64,000 nt of DNA from Candidatus Eremiobacteria bacterium. Its GTDB lineage: Bacteria > Vulcanimicrobiota > Vulcanimicrobiia > Vulcanimicrobiales > Vulcanimicrobiaceae. This document shows positions 39,039 through 48,103 of this stretch, piece after piece. The stretch's first letter is position 1; each line of letters opens with the position of its first letter. The DNA is taken from assembly GCA_963737065.1 (NCBI GenBank), contig CAVTRC010000001.1:672001-736000 (forward strand), given 5' to 3'. The notes beneath the pieces are model-generated. The model did no database searches, was not told the DNA's origin, and was given only the letters and a program-made list of their open reading frames with translations. The translations under genes were made by a program, and so were the position numbers.

Positions 39039-40279
39039 TCTCTCTCGACGAACGTAAGGTCGAACGCATCATTGCGGACTTTCCCATCCTCGCGAAACCG
39101 ACGTCGCGCGGCAAGCGGCTCGTGTATCTCGATTCGGCCGCAACGTCGCAGAAGCCGCAGAGCGTGATCGACGCGCTCGTCACCTATTACACCGAATACA
39201 ACGCGAACATTCATCGCGGCGTTTATGAACTCGCTGCGCGCGCGACCGACGCATTCGAAGCGGCGCGCGAAACCGTCGCGCGTTTTATTAACGCGGACTC
39301 GCGGGAAGTTATCTGGACGCGGAACGCAACCGAGGCGATCAACCTCGTCGGCTACAGCTGGGGATTGACGAACATCCGAAGCGGAGACGTTATTTTGACG
39401 TCGCAACTCGAGCACCACTCGAACCTCGTCCCGTGGCAGCTGCTCGCGGAGAAGACCGGTGCGACGCTGCGCTTCATTCCGGTCGATAGCCGCGGAGTGC
39501 TGCAACTCGAGAATCTGGACGCGCTGCTCGACGGCGTAAGACTGCTCGCCATTTCGCACGTGAGCAATACGCTCGGCACGATCACGCCGCTCGAACGCAT
39601 CGTTCCGAAGGCGCACGCAGCGGGGGCGACGGTTCTCGTCGACGGTGCGCAAGGCGCGCCGCACCTCGCGGTAGACGTGAAAGCGCTCGACGTTGATTTC
39701 TATGCGTTCAGCGGACATAAAATGCTCGGCCCGACCGGCATCGGCGTCCTCTACGGCAAGCGCGCGCTGCTCGAAGCAATGCCACCGTTCTTGGCAGGCG
39801 GCGACATGATCCGCAAAGTCGAATACGAGCAGACCTCGTTCAACGATCTGCCGTGGAAGTTCGAAGCGGGCACGAGCAATATCGCGGATGCGATCGCCCT
39901 CGGCGTGGCCGTCGAGTATCTGGAGTCGCTCGGCATGGAGTGGGTGCGTGAGCACGAGCAAGAACTACTCGCATACGCACTGGAGCGGCTCGCGCCGCTC
40001 GAACGCCGGCGTCTGGCGCTCTACGGTCCGAAGGATCCCCAACTGGTTTCGGGCGTGCTTTCGTTTAACTTTGCCGACATTCACGCGCACGATCTCGCGT
40101 CGATCCTCGATACCGAAGGCGTCTGCGTGCGCGCGGGTCATCACTGCACGATGCCGTTGATGGAGAAGATGGGCTGGCCCGCTACCACGCGCGCATCGTT
40201 CTACGTTTACAATACGCGTGCGGACGTCGATGCACTCGTCGAAGGGTTGGAAAAAGCGGCGCAAGTCTTCAGGCTTTAG
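39035..40279 (+). CDS. sufS: Cysteine desulfurase SufS
   Basis: YLDSAATSQKP, NIHRG, FSGHKMLGPTG, RAGHHC. Confidence 0.96.
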   Translation: MISLDERKVERIIADFPILAKPTSRGKRLVYLDSAATSQKPQSVIDALVTYYTEYNANIHRGVYELAARATDAFEAARETVARFINADSREVIWTRNATEAINLVGYSWGLTNIRSGDVILTSQLEHHSNLVPWQLLAEKTGATLRFIPVDSRGVLQLENLDALLDGVRLLAISHVSNTLGTITPLERIVPKAHAAGATVLVDGAQGAPHLAVDVKALDVDFYAFSGHKMLGPTGIGVLYGKRALLEAMPPFLAGGDMIRKVEYEQTSFNDLPWKFEAGTSNIADAIALGVAVEYLESLGMEWVREHEQELLAYALERLAPLERRRLALYGPKDPQLVSGVLSFNFADIHAHDLASILDTEGVCVRAGHHCTMPLMEKMGWPATTRASFYVYNTRADVDALVEGLEKAAQVFRL

Positions 40280-40295
40280 GGAGCCACCGTAACGC

Positions 40296-40688
40296 ATGGA
40301 CGATTTCTACCGCGATTTCATTCTCGATCACTACCGGAACCCCAGGAACTTTGGAACGCTTGAGGGCGCAACCGCGACTGCGGAAGATTTGAACCCGCTG
40401 TGCGGCGATCAGATCCGGATCGATTTGCGCGTCGACGCGAAGGGGATCGTCGAAGACGTTCGCTTCTCCGGAAAAGGCTGCGCGATCAGTCAAGCGTCGG
40501 CGTCGATGCTTACCGAAGACGTCAAAGGCATGAAGCTCGAGGACGTAGCGAAACTCGGGAAAGACGTCGTGCTGGAAAACGTCGGCATCGGGATCAGTCC
40601 GACGCGCATGAAGTGCGCCACGCTGGGTTTGCGCGTACTCAAGAGCGCCGCGATCGGTGAAATCGCCGGCTGGCCCGACGAAGAGTAA
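40296..40688 (+). CDS. sufU: SufU-type scaffold/sulfur transfer protein
   Basis: ILDHYRNPRNFG, NPLCGD, GCAISQASAS, RMKCA. Confidence 0.92.
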   Translation: MDDFYRDFILDHYRNPRNFGTLEGATATAEDLNPLCGDQIRIDLRVDAKGIVEDVRFSGKGCAISQASASMLTEDVKGMKLEDVAKLGKDVVLENVGIGISPTRMKCATLGLRVLKSAAIGEIAGWPDEE

Positions 40689-40694
40689 CGCGAT

Positions 40695-40985
40695 CTGATC
40701 GCGTTCTTCGTCGACGAGTTTTCCCGCCTCGTCGCGGCAACGCTCTGCGCCGCATGTGCGGTCATTCTTTGGGATCTCATCGGACAATCGCGTCTGGCGC
40801 ACCGTATCGCGCGCGCCGTCGTCGGATCGGTGTTTGGATTCGTCGCGCTCGCCCTCGTCGCTACGGTATCGGGACGCGTGCGACTTGACTTTTCGATTAT
40901 CGCGATCGGCGTCTTCGTCGCCGCGTTGACCGTTGACGCGCTCATCGGCGATGCCGTTCGTGCGGGAATCGGGTTACGACGTTAG
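40695..40985 (+). CDS. Small 3-TM membrane protein missed by ORF track (CTG start or read-through of sufU stop)
   Basis: Open frame LIAFFVDEFSRLVAATLCAACAVILWDL..GIGLRR* fills the gap between sufU and the next gene; same frame as sufU. Confidence 0.55.
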   Translation: MIAFFVDEFSRLVAATLCAACAVILWDLIGQSRLAHRIARAVVGSVFGFVALALVATVSGRVRLDFSIIAIGVFVAALTVDALIGDAVRAGIGLRR

Positions 40986-40999
40986 AAAACAAGCGCGCG

Positions 41000-41329
41000 A
41001 TGCAGCATCACCATTTGTCGGCAAGCGAATGGGACCAAGTGGCCGCAGACGCGGATTTTCAGTCGCTGTTGCGAGCGCGCCGGCACTTCACGATTCCGGC
41101 CGTCATTTTTGCTCTCGCGTTCTTTCTTGCGCTGCCGGTCGGGATCGCGTGTGCTCCCGGCTATATGCGCCAGCCGATCGCGGGCGGCATGAGCCGCGCG
41201 TGGGCGTTTGCACTCTTGCAGTTCGTGATGGCGTGGTTGTTGCTCGCCCTTTACATGCGTGAAGCGCGAACGTTCGACGAGCGCGCGGCGAAGATCGTCG
41301 AGCGCGCGCGCCGGGAGTTCGCGCAGTGA
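41000..41329 (+). CDS. DUF485 (YjcH-like) membrane protein
   Basis: DFQSLLRARRHF, LYMREARTFD; standard partner upstream of actP. Confidence 0.85.
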   Translation: MQHHHLSASEWDQVAADADFQSLLRARRHFTIPAVIFALAFFLALPVGIACAPGYMRQPIAGGMSRAWAFALLQFVMAWLLLALYMREARTFDERAAKIVERARREFAQ

Positions 41330-42957
41330 GCATCCCTGCACCGCTCGTCATGTTTGCGCTCTTCGTCGCCATCGCGCTCGTCATTACGATGTGGGCGGCG
41401 GCGCGAAGTACCTCGAGTCGCGGGTTTTATACGGCGAATCACAAGATCAGCGGCGTGCAAAACGGCTGGGCAATCGCCGGTGATTACATGTCGGGTGCGT
41501 CGTTCCTCGGCATCGCGGGCCTCATCGCATTTTATGGCTTCGACGGATTCCTCTACGCCGCGGGATGGCTCGTCGCGTATCTCGTGGTTCTGTTTCTTCT
41601 TGCCGAACCGTTACGAAACGCAGGTCGGTACACCGTGGCGGACGTTATCGGTTTTCGACTCGGCGGACGCGGCGTGCGTGCAATTGCGGCGCTCACGACG
41701 ATCGCCGTTACGCTGTTCTATATGATCGCGCAGCTCGAAGGAGCGGGTTCGATCGTGAATCTTTTGATTGCGCGTTTCGATGAACCGATCGCGATCGTCG
41801 TCACCGGAATCCTGATGATGATCTACGTGCTCTTCGGCGGGATGCTGGCGACCACATGGGTGCAAATCTTTAAGGCCGCGATGCTATTGATCGCCGGCGT
41901 TGCGCTCTCTCTACTCGTGCTCGTGCATTTCGATTTTTCGTTCGCGCATCTTTTTGCGGCAGCCTCGAACGTGAAACTTCGCACCGGCTCGATCGATCTT
42001 CTTCAACCCGGACACTTCATTACGGGACCGCATGCCGCGCTCGATCTGATCTCGCTCTCGCTCGCACTCGTGATCGGGACCGCGGGGCTGCCGCACATCC
42101 TGATGCGATTTTTCACCGTTCCGTCCGCCGCGGCGGCGCGCACGTCGGTCAGCTGGGCGATGGCACTCATCGGCGTTTTTTACTTGATGACGTCGATTAT
42201 CGGGCTCGGCGCAGCGACGCTCGTCGGACCCGAACACATCGGAAAACACGTCAGCAACGTACAAGCGATCCGGTACATCGCCTATCGCGATCCGCAAAAC
42301 GCACGGCAACTCAACAAGGACCTCGCAAAATACGGGTACATCGTTCCGCGCACCGACAGCAACGTCGCCGCGCCGCTGCTCGGCAACGAGCTGGGTGGAC
42401 AAACGCTCTTCGCGTTTGTCGCCGCGATCGTCTTTGCAACGATTCTGGCGGTCGTCGCCGGCCTCATGATCGCGGCATCCTCGGCGTTCTCGCACGATAT
42501 TTGGTACATGCTCATACGAAACAAGGCGGGCAGCGACCGGGAGTATCTGATCGTCGCGCGGGCCACGGCAATCGTCGTCGGTATCGCAGCGATCTTCTTG
42601 GCCGTGAAATTGCGCGGCGCAAACGTCGCGTTTCTGCTCGGGCTCGCCTTCGCCGTTGCAGCGAGCGCGAACGTTCCGGCGCTCTTGCTCTCACTCACGT
42701 GGCGGCGCTTCACACGAACCGCCGCGATCGCGTCGATGATTACGGGTTTGGTCTCGTCACTCGGACTTATCTTGGCCGGTCCGGACTCACTGCACGAACA
42801 CGCCGTCTTCCCGCTGCGTAATCCCGCAATCGTGTCTCTTCCGCTCGCATTGATTGCCGCCGTCATTGCCACTGTCGTCACCCGCGACAAGCAATCCGAG
42901 GAGATGTTCAATCAATTACGCGTCCGCGCCGAAACAGGTCTAGGCGCCGAAGTCTAA
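41326..42957 (+). CDS. actP: Cation/acetate symporter (SSS family)
   Basis: QNGWAIAGDYMSGASFLG, AEPLRN.GRYT, FGGMLATTWVQI, GTAGLPHILMRFFTVP. Confidence 0.92.
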   Translation: MSIPAPLVMFALFVAIALVITMWAAARSTSSRGFYTANHKISGVQNGWAIAGDYMSGASFLGIAGLIAFYGFDGFLYAAGWLVAYLVVLFLLAEPLRNAGRYTVADVIGFRLGGRGVRAIAALTTIAVTLFYMIAQLEGAGSIVNLLIARFDEPIAIVVTGILMMIYVLFGGMLATTWVQIFKAAMLLIAGVALSLLVLVHFDFSFAHLFAAASNVKLRTGSIDLLQPGHFITGPHAALDLISLSLALVIGTAGLPHILMRFFTVPSAAAARTSVSWAMALIGVFYLMTSIIGLGAATLVGPEHIGKHVSNVQAIRYIAYRDPQNARQLNKDLAKYGYIVPRTDSNVAAPLLGNELGGQTLFAFVAAIVFATILAVVAGLMIAASSAFSHDIWYMLIRNKAGSDREYLIVARATAIVVGIAAIFLAVKLRGANVAFLLGLAFAVAASANVPALLLSLTWRRFTRTAAIASMITGLVSSLGLILAGPDSLHEHAVFPLRNPAIVSLPLALIAAVIATVVTRDKQSEEMFNQLRVRAETGLGAEV

Positions 42958-43031
42958 CTTCAACGTGCCGCCGGTTCGTTCGGCCGCCGATGCGAAGATT
43001 CCCGACGAATGCGAATAAGAAAAAACGTCAG

Positions 43032-43808
43032 CTAGTGTGACGCGCTCGGCGTATGATCGGTAATCTGGAGACCTTGCGGGCCGTTGACGACGCGAAAGTT
43101 TTCCGTGTATTGGCCGCTCGGCGCCGTCATCGCGGCGGTGACGAAGAACGAGCCGTCGCCGTTTGCCGTCGCTTGTACGTTCGTGACGCGTCCGCCCTTG
43201 ATGAAGTCTTCGGTCGGCAATCCGCTCTGCAAATAGCCTGTCGCGAACGATGATTGACCGTTCGCAAGTGCGGTGAGGTATGAACGAACGATTGAAGCTG
43301 CATGATCGGCAGTCGCCGGACCTGCGATCAATGCGGGTGATGCTGCAGGCGCCGACGTTGGTTGCGGCGTTGCTTCGCGCGTCGGTTTCACGGCCGGCCT
43401 CGGCGGTACGGCGCGCGTTACAGCCGGCGCGGCGGTTGCAGTGGCGGCAGCCGTTGCAGTCGCAACGGCTGCCGGCCTTGCGGTCGTTCTCGGTGACGGC
43501 GTTGCCGTTGCGGCAGGGGTCACCGTCGCGCGCGGCGTCTTCGAGGGCGAAGGCTCCGGCGTCGGCGATGCCTTTGCGACGCGCGTTGCTTGCGGGGTTG
43601 CGCTCGCGGCTTCCGTTGGAAGCGGCGTAAACGTTGGTGCGGACGACGGAACGGCAACGCCGCCACCGCGGCCGCCCAAAAACTTTGCGAGAACGCCGCC
43701 GAGTAACAGTCCCGCGAAGATGACGAGCACGATCAGCGGGAAGATCGGAAGTCCGCCCTTGCCTTTCGGTTCATGGGGCTGCAGTCGGCGCCGGCGATAA
43801 TCGGACAC
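43032..43808 (-). CDS. Single-pass membrane protein with Pro/Thr/Ala linker and small C-terminal domain
   Basis: Basic N-terminus, one TM, long low-complexity linker, globular C-terminus. Confidence 0.7.
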   Translation of the reverse strand: MSDYRRRRLQPHEPKGKGGLPIFPLIVLVIFAGLLLGGVLAKFLGGRGGGVAVPSSAPTFTPLPTEAASATPQATRVAKASPTPEPSPSKTPRATVTPAATATPSPRTTARPAAVATATAAATATAAPAVTRAVPPRPAVKPTREATPQPTSAPAASPALIAGPATADHAASIVRSYLTALANGQSSFATGYLQSGLPTEDFIKGGRVTNVQATANGDGSFFVTAAMTAPSGQYTENFRVVNGPQGLQITDHTPSASH

Positions 43809-43814
43809 GAAGAA

Positions 43815-44204
43815 CTATAACCGTTGCGCGACGCCGTCGACGAACTGACGCGGAAGCGCGTCGAAGTGTTCGCGATGCGCTTCCGCGAAGTGCGTCATCG
43901 CCTTTTTTAGCACGCCCGTATTCTCGCGTGCGTACATTACGAGTGCCGCGAGCGCTCGCCCATCGCCGCTTTCTAAATCGTTCAGCGAAGCGTTCGCGCC
44001 TTCTGCAGCGTCTTCGGACGATTCACCGCGGTCGCGGAACGCATCGAAGATGGACGAACGCAGCGCGCAGCGTGCCGCATCGGGCATCGTCGAAACACCA
44101 CCGGCCAATAGCGACGCGAGTTCGCCCTCGTCCATTTTTGCGACGTGCTTCTCAACCGCGTCGACGATGCTCTCGGCGGGCACGTTCCCGAATTGGGACA
44201 TCAC
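43815..44204 (-). CDS. Hypothetical protein
   Basis: GGAG RBS; helical, protein-like composition; co-oriented with downstream gene. Confidence 0.65.
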   Translation of the reverse strand: MMSQFGNVPAESIVDAVEKHVAKMDEGELASLLAGGVSTMPDAARCALRSSIFDAFRDRGESSEDAAEGANASLNDLESGDGRALAALVMYARENTGVLKKAMTHFAEAHREHFDALPRQFVDGVAQRL

Positions 44205-44261
44205 GGGCTACGGTACTCCCTCGATGCAGGCGGCTCCTCGAACTGCGCCAAAAGAGACAGC

Positions 44262-44582
44262 GTGATTCGCGTTCGCGTGCCGCTCGATCTGCATGCCGTC
44301 GCCTCCTGTGGCTCGGCGGCGTTCGCGCTTGCCACGCCGTTGCGAGTGCGAGAACTGCTCGCTCTCGCCGTTCGCGAAGCGATCGGTGCGCGCGCGCCGC
44401 ACGATAAATTTCAGCGCAGCATGAAGCGGACGCTGGCGGGTTTAGCCGCAGGCGACTTTACCGTCGACGTCAACGGCCGCCACTTTACCGACGGCGACGC
44501 CGTCGTCGTCTGCGCCGGCACTGCGGACGTTCGCTTTTTCCTCGCGCACCGCCGCAGCGCCGGTATCGAATTCCACCCGTAG
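44262..44582 (+). CDS. Hypothetical protein (~106 aa)
   Basis: GTG start after AGAG; protein-like MIRVRVPLDL..FTVDVNG..VRFFL. Confidence 0.55.
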   Translation: MIRVRVPLDLHAVASCGSAAFALATPLRVRELLALAVREAIGARAPHDKFQRSMKRTLAGLAAGDFTVDVNGRHFTDGDAVVVCAGTADVRFFLAHRRSAGIEFHP

Positions 44583-44584
44583 AG

Positions 44585-45268
44585 CTTCTCCGACGCACGT
44601 TCTCCCACGTCGCTCGTCACGCGCCCTTATACGCGGGAGTCGCTGCGAGTGCGATCGCGCTCCAGTGGCTGATCTATCGCCTCACGCAGGCGCCCGCCGT
44701 CATCTCCACTTCGGGTATCGTCATCGACGCGGCACTCATAACGATCGTCTGCGCCGAAGCGAAAGGCGATGTCGACGACTCGGACGCGGTTGACGTCTGG
44801 GCGCGCGTGCTCGATCGACTGTGGGCCGTCGTTATCGTTGACTTTATCGTGACCTTCGTAAGTTACACCGGCCTCGGAGTACTCTCCGTCGGTGATCTCG
44901 TGGACCGCGTCATCGCCATCCCGATCTTGCTGATTGCTGCCGCAACCGTCTTCGCCGAGGCGATTGCAGTTGTCATCGACGGCGAACAGTGGTGGTTCTT
45001 GGTCGTATGCGCGATCGGCACGAGCGTGCGTACGTCGTGGAACGGTTCAACGTTGTGGCGCGCTATCGTGCTCTTTGCGTTACAGTTCGTTCCAATCACG
45101 GTTGGTGGCGCAGTGGCATCTGCAAGCGCGCAACATCACGTCACGGTGACGTCGTTTTGGACGGACGTTCCGTTGGGTATACTGTATTCAATACCGCTGG
45201 ACGCATTGATCGTACTAGCGTTTTTTGATGCGACGGGCTACGAACCGAAACGCACTTGCGGCGAGTGA
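44585..45268 (+). CDS. Polytopic membrane protein, start uncertain
   Basis: Frame of ORF 44807-45268 stays open and hydrophobic upstream to about 44570-44585 with no ATG/GTG/TTG. Confidence 0.55.
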   Translation, partial: LLRRTFSHVARHAPLYAGVAASAIALQWLIYRLTQAPAVISTSGIVIDAALITIVCAEAKGDVDDSDAVDVWARVLDRLWAVVIVDFIVTFVSYTGLGVLSVGDLVDRVIAIPILLIAAATVFAEAIAVVIDGEQWWFLVVCAIGTSVRTSWNGSTLWRAIVLFALQFVPITVGGAVASASAQHHVTVTSFWTDVPLGILYSIPLDALIVLAFFDATGYEPKRTCGE

Positions 45269-45285
45269 TACGCTAGAGACAGAAC

Positions 45286-46038
45286 ATGGGAGCCCGAGCA
45301 CGCGCAGTGGCCGTTTTGGCCGTCCTTTTGGCCGTAGCACCGGCATGCGCGCGAGCCGATGAAACGTACGCCGTAGCGGGGCAAGACGTCTATCGTATCG
45401 GCGATGCCGTTCCAGAAACAAAAATCGCATATACCGGAACGCAACATCTTTCGGTCGCGCGCGACGGCAACGGCGCGCGCTTTGTCGCTGAGGCGACGTA
45501 CACGCGGACGGACGATTCCGGAAAGTCCACCGTGCACGCGCGATTCGTTCAGCAGATGAACCGCGACGGCAGTTTCCAAGATCGCGTCGACGACGATCCG
45601 GACTTTCTAACGATTTTGAACCAGCCGTTTGCGATCCAACTCGATCCGACGACGATGCACGATCTCCAGCGCCTGCACGGGTCGGTTCCCTTCGAAGCAA
45701 CGTCGCCGCTCGGCGGTGCCCGTCTCCACGGGTTTTTGCGGCCGGCGGGCAAAGGACGCATTCGCAACGTGCCGTCCACGGGTGTGCGCTTCACCGCGCA
45801 GGGACCAATGACCGGCTCGCTACCGCAGCACCCGGAAGACCGGCTCAACGGTTCGATTCGGATGGACGGCACGGCGTACTACTCGCAACGCGACTCGATG
45901 CTCGTCGCCCTCGATGCAACGTTGACGATCGAAGGGAAGCTCGCAAATGACGGCACTGCCGTCCCCGTGCGCATCGTCTATCATCGGACGATACGCGCGG
46001 GTCAAGGCAGTGTCAGTTGGTCGGAAGCTAAACGCTAA
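45286..46038 (+). CDS. Secreted hypothetical protein
   Basis: Signal peptide ending ARA-DE; beta-rich mature region. Confidence 0.7.
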   Translation: MGARARAVAVLAVLLAVAPACARADETYAVAGQDVYRIGDAVPETKIAYTGTQHLSVARDGNGARFVAEATYTRTDDSGKSTVHARFVQQMNRDGSFQDRVDDDPDFLTILNQPFAIQLDPTTMHDLQRLHGSVPFEATSPLGGARLHGFLRPAGKGRIRNVPSTGVRFTAQGPMTGSLPQHPEDRLNGSIRMDGTAYYSQRDSMLVALDATLTIEGKLANDGTAVPVRIVYHRTIRAGQGSVSWSEAKR

Positions 46039-46427
46039 AGCGCGCCCACGAGTTGAACTTCGAGCGGATGCCGGAACGGCATTTCGCTCAAATGCGTTAG
46101 TGGCGTAAATGCTAAGTGGTTTTGGTGACAGTCGATCAGCATTTCGATGCCGCGCTTCACGGAGCCCGATTCCTCGACGTACTTTGAGAGCTTCTTCGTG
46201 AAGTAGGTATGCGGATCGTGCAGAACTTTGGCGTAATAGGGGTCGTCGGTTAAGCCTGCAGCGCTAATGCCTTCTTTCGGAACGAGCCAGACGAACCACG
46301 GATCTTGATTGCGACGGTGGCCGATGAGCACGAGGGGTATTGCACGGGCCGAATCGAGATTCGGTAAGAAACTGCACATCGTGTACGCGTCGAATGAAAT
46401 CTCCGTCGGTTCGATCACCTGCTGCAT
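46035..46427 (-). CDS. Hypothetical protein (130 aa), divergent from ECF operon
   Basis: GAGGA RBS before ATG; protein-like composition. Confidence 0.65.
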   Translation of the reverse strand: MQQVIEPTEISFDAYTMCSFLPNLDSARAIPLVLIGHRRNQDPWFVWLVPKEGISAAGLTDDPYYAKVLHDPHTYFTKKLSKYVEESGSVKRGIEMLIDCHQNHLAFTPLTHLSEMPFRHPLEVQLVGAL

Positions 46428-46639
46428 CGGCGTTCCTCGTCTTCATAACGAATGTGTCCGTGTGCCGTAAACAAAAACCGCCGCGTCGCTCGCTGCGACC
46501 GGCGGTTCCTCGAGATGGTGCGTGCGGCACTTCATGTACCATAGCGCGGTGTTCTCGGACGCGCTCACAGCGCCCCTTCCCGCGGAAACATCCTGAGGGC
46601 CTGATGAGTAAAGCAGAAGCAAGAACTTTTAGCGCCGTG

Positions 46640-46665
46640 TGAAACCACGCGCGAGCCGGGAGTTG
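46640..46665 (+). promoter_or_regulatory. Candidate ECF-type autoregulatory promoter
   Basis: TGAAAC-N17-GTT just upstream of the sigma gene, resembling AAC/GTT ECF consensus. Confidence 0.4.
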
Positions 46666-46678
46666 TTTGGTGTGAGGT

Positions 46679-47353
46679 ATGAGCGCGCTCGCACCATTGC
46701 TCCACACGGGAGTATTTGTGCCACCAGCGGTCCAGCAACCGCCGCAACCGCCGTCCGCCCGGAAGGCGGGCGAAGCGGTCCCCAGCGTCGACAATTTCAA
46801 CCGCATCGTCGACGATTATCAGCGGCGCCTCTATGGCTTTGCGCTGCGCATGACCGGCAATCGCGAAGATGCCGAGGAGATCGTGCAGGACGCCTTTGTC
46901 CGCGCCTACCGGGCGCTGGGAAAGATGTCGCTGGAGCAACGTAGCGAGCTGCGCTTGCAGCCATGGCTGTATACGATCACGCTGAACGTCACGCGCAATC
47001 GCCTGCGCAGCAAGCGTCCGGCAAATGTCGCACTCGATGCGCTTGCCGACCCCGACGCGCTGTTGCGCGAATCGAACGAAGGGCCGCCACGACCCGAGAC
47101 CATCGTCGAGCAGAACGCCGAAGTGGCACTGGTCGAAAAAGCGCTGCTTCAACTCCCGATGCACCTTCGTGCAGCGGCGACCTTACGATTCATCGAAGGA
47201 CGCAGCCATCCGGAGATCGCCGAAATTCTCCATCAACCGATTGGAACGGTGAAGTCCCACGTACATCGCGCGGTTCGCATTCTGCGCCGGATTCTCGGCC
47301 CACAGATTGGACGAATCGCACCCGAAGGAGCCGCTCTTCATGCGCTGTCGTGA
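46679..47353 (+). CDS. ECF RNA polymerase sigma-70 factor
   Basis: Region 2 DAEEIVQDAFVRAY, WLYTITLN; region 4 EIAEILHQPIGTVKSHVHRA. Confidence 0.95.
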   Translation: MSALAPLLHTGVFVPPAVQQPPQPPSARKAGEAVPSVDNFNRIVDDYQRRLYGFALRMTGNREDAEEIVQDAFVRAYRALGKMSLEQRSELRLQPWLYTITLNVTRNRLRSKRPANVALDALADPDALLRESNEGPPRPETIVEQNAEVALVEKALLQLPMHLRAAATLRFIEGRSHPEIAEILHQPIGTVKSHVHRAVRILRRILGPQIGRIAPEGAALHALS

Positions 47354-48074
47354 AGTCGAGGAATTATGGGACGAGGTACGCGCCGAATGCAGGGCCTCCG
47401 TCAAAGAAGCCGTCGACGCTCATCTGCGAGCGTGTCCGCCGTGCCAACACCTCTACGAAGAATATGAAGGCATCGCGTATTGCCTGGGGTGTTTGCCGCA
47501 ACCCGATGCGTCGTGCGACTTAGCGAAGAAAGTCGTCGAACATATCGCCGCGATTCGCCGTAAGGATCGCGTAACGCCGATCGTGCTCGCGTCGGTGCAA
47601 ACGCCGATCGGGCGGCTTTATGTGGGATCCAAAGAAGCGCGGATCGCCTATATCGGCGTCGACACCGGTGAGCGGTTTGAAGACGTGCGTTCGCGCATTG
47701 AAGCGCGCTTGCGCCGTCCTGTCATCGCCGGTGAAGCGCCGGCGTGGCTTCGCGAAACGCTGGATCAGTTCTTCAAGACGTGGCGCATCGACGACACGGT
47801 CGTCGACATCGACGATCTCACGCCGTTCGAACAGGCAGCGCTACGCGCCGCAGCAATGATCCCGCCGGGTGAAGTGCGTTCTTATTCGTGGGTTGCCTCG
47901 CAAATCGGCCGTCCGCGTGCCGCGCGCGCCGTCGGGCAGGTAATGGCGCGCAATCCGCTGCCGTTGCTCTTTCCATGTCATCGGGTCGTCGACGCGTCCG
48001 GCGACTTGCACGATTATGGATACGGCTTGGAGATGAAGGCTCGGCTCCTCAAACTGGAAGGCTACAGAGGTTAG
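47340..48074 (+). CDS. Zinc anti-sigma (zf-HC2) domain fused to methylated-DNA--protein-cysteine methyltransferase (Ogt/MGMT)
   Basis: MRCREV..HLRACPPC (Hx3Cx2C); C-terminal IPPGEVRSY, AARAVG, NPLPLLFPCHRVV, KARLLKLEG; AAGGAG RBS; overlaps sigma gene. Confidence 0.92.
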   Translation: MRCREVEELWDEVRAECRASVKEAVDAHLRACPPCQHLYEEYEGIAYCLGCLPQPDASCDLAKKVVEHIAAIRRKDRVTPIVLASVQTPIGRLYVGSKEARIAYIGVDTGERFEDVRSRIEARLRRPVIAGEAPAWLRETLDQFFKTWRIDDTVVDIDDLTPFEQAALRAAAMIPPGEVRSYSWVASQIGRPRAARAVGQVMARNPLPLLFPCHRVVDASGDLHDYGYGLEMKARLLKLEGYRG

Positions 48075-48103
48075 GTCCGGTCACCTCGTAAAACACTACG
48101 AAG

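Noticed and set aside
46580..46650. Hammerhead-like CTGATGAG and GAAAC motifs upstream of the ECF gene
   Set aside because: Stems I-III cannot be formed with correct spacing in any permutation; better explained as promoter sequence
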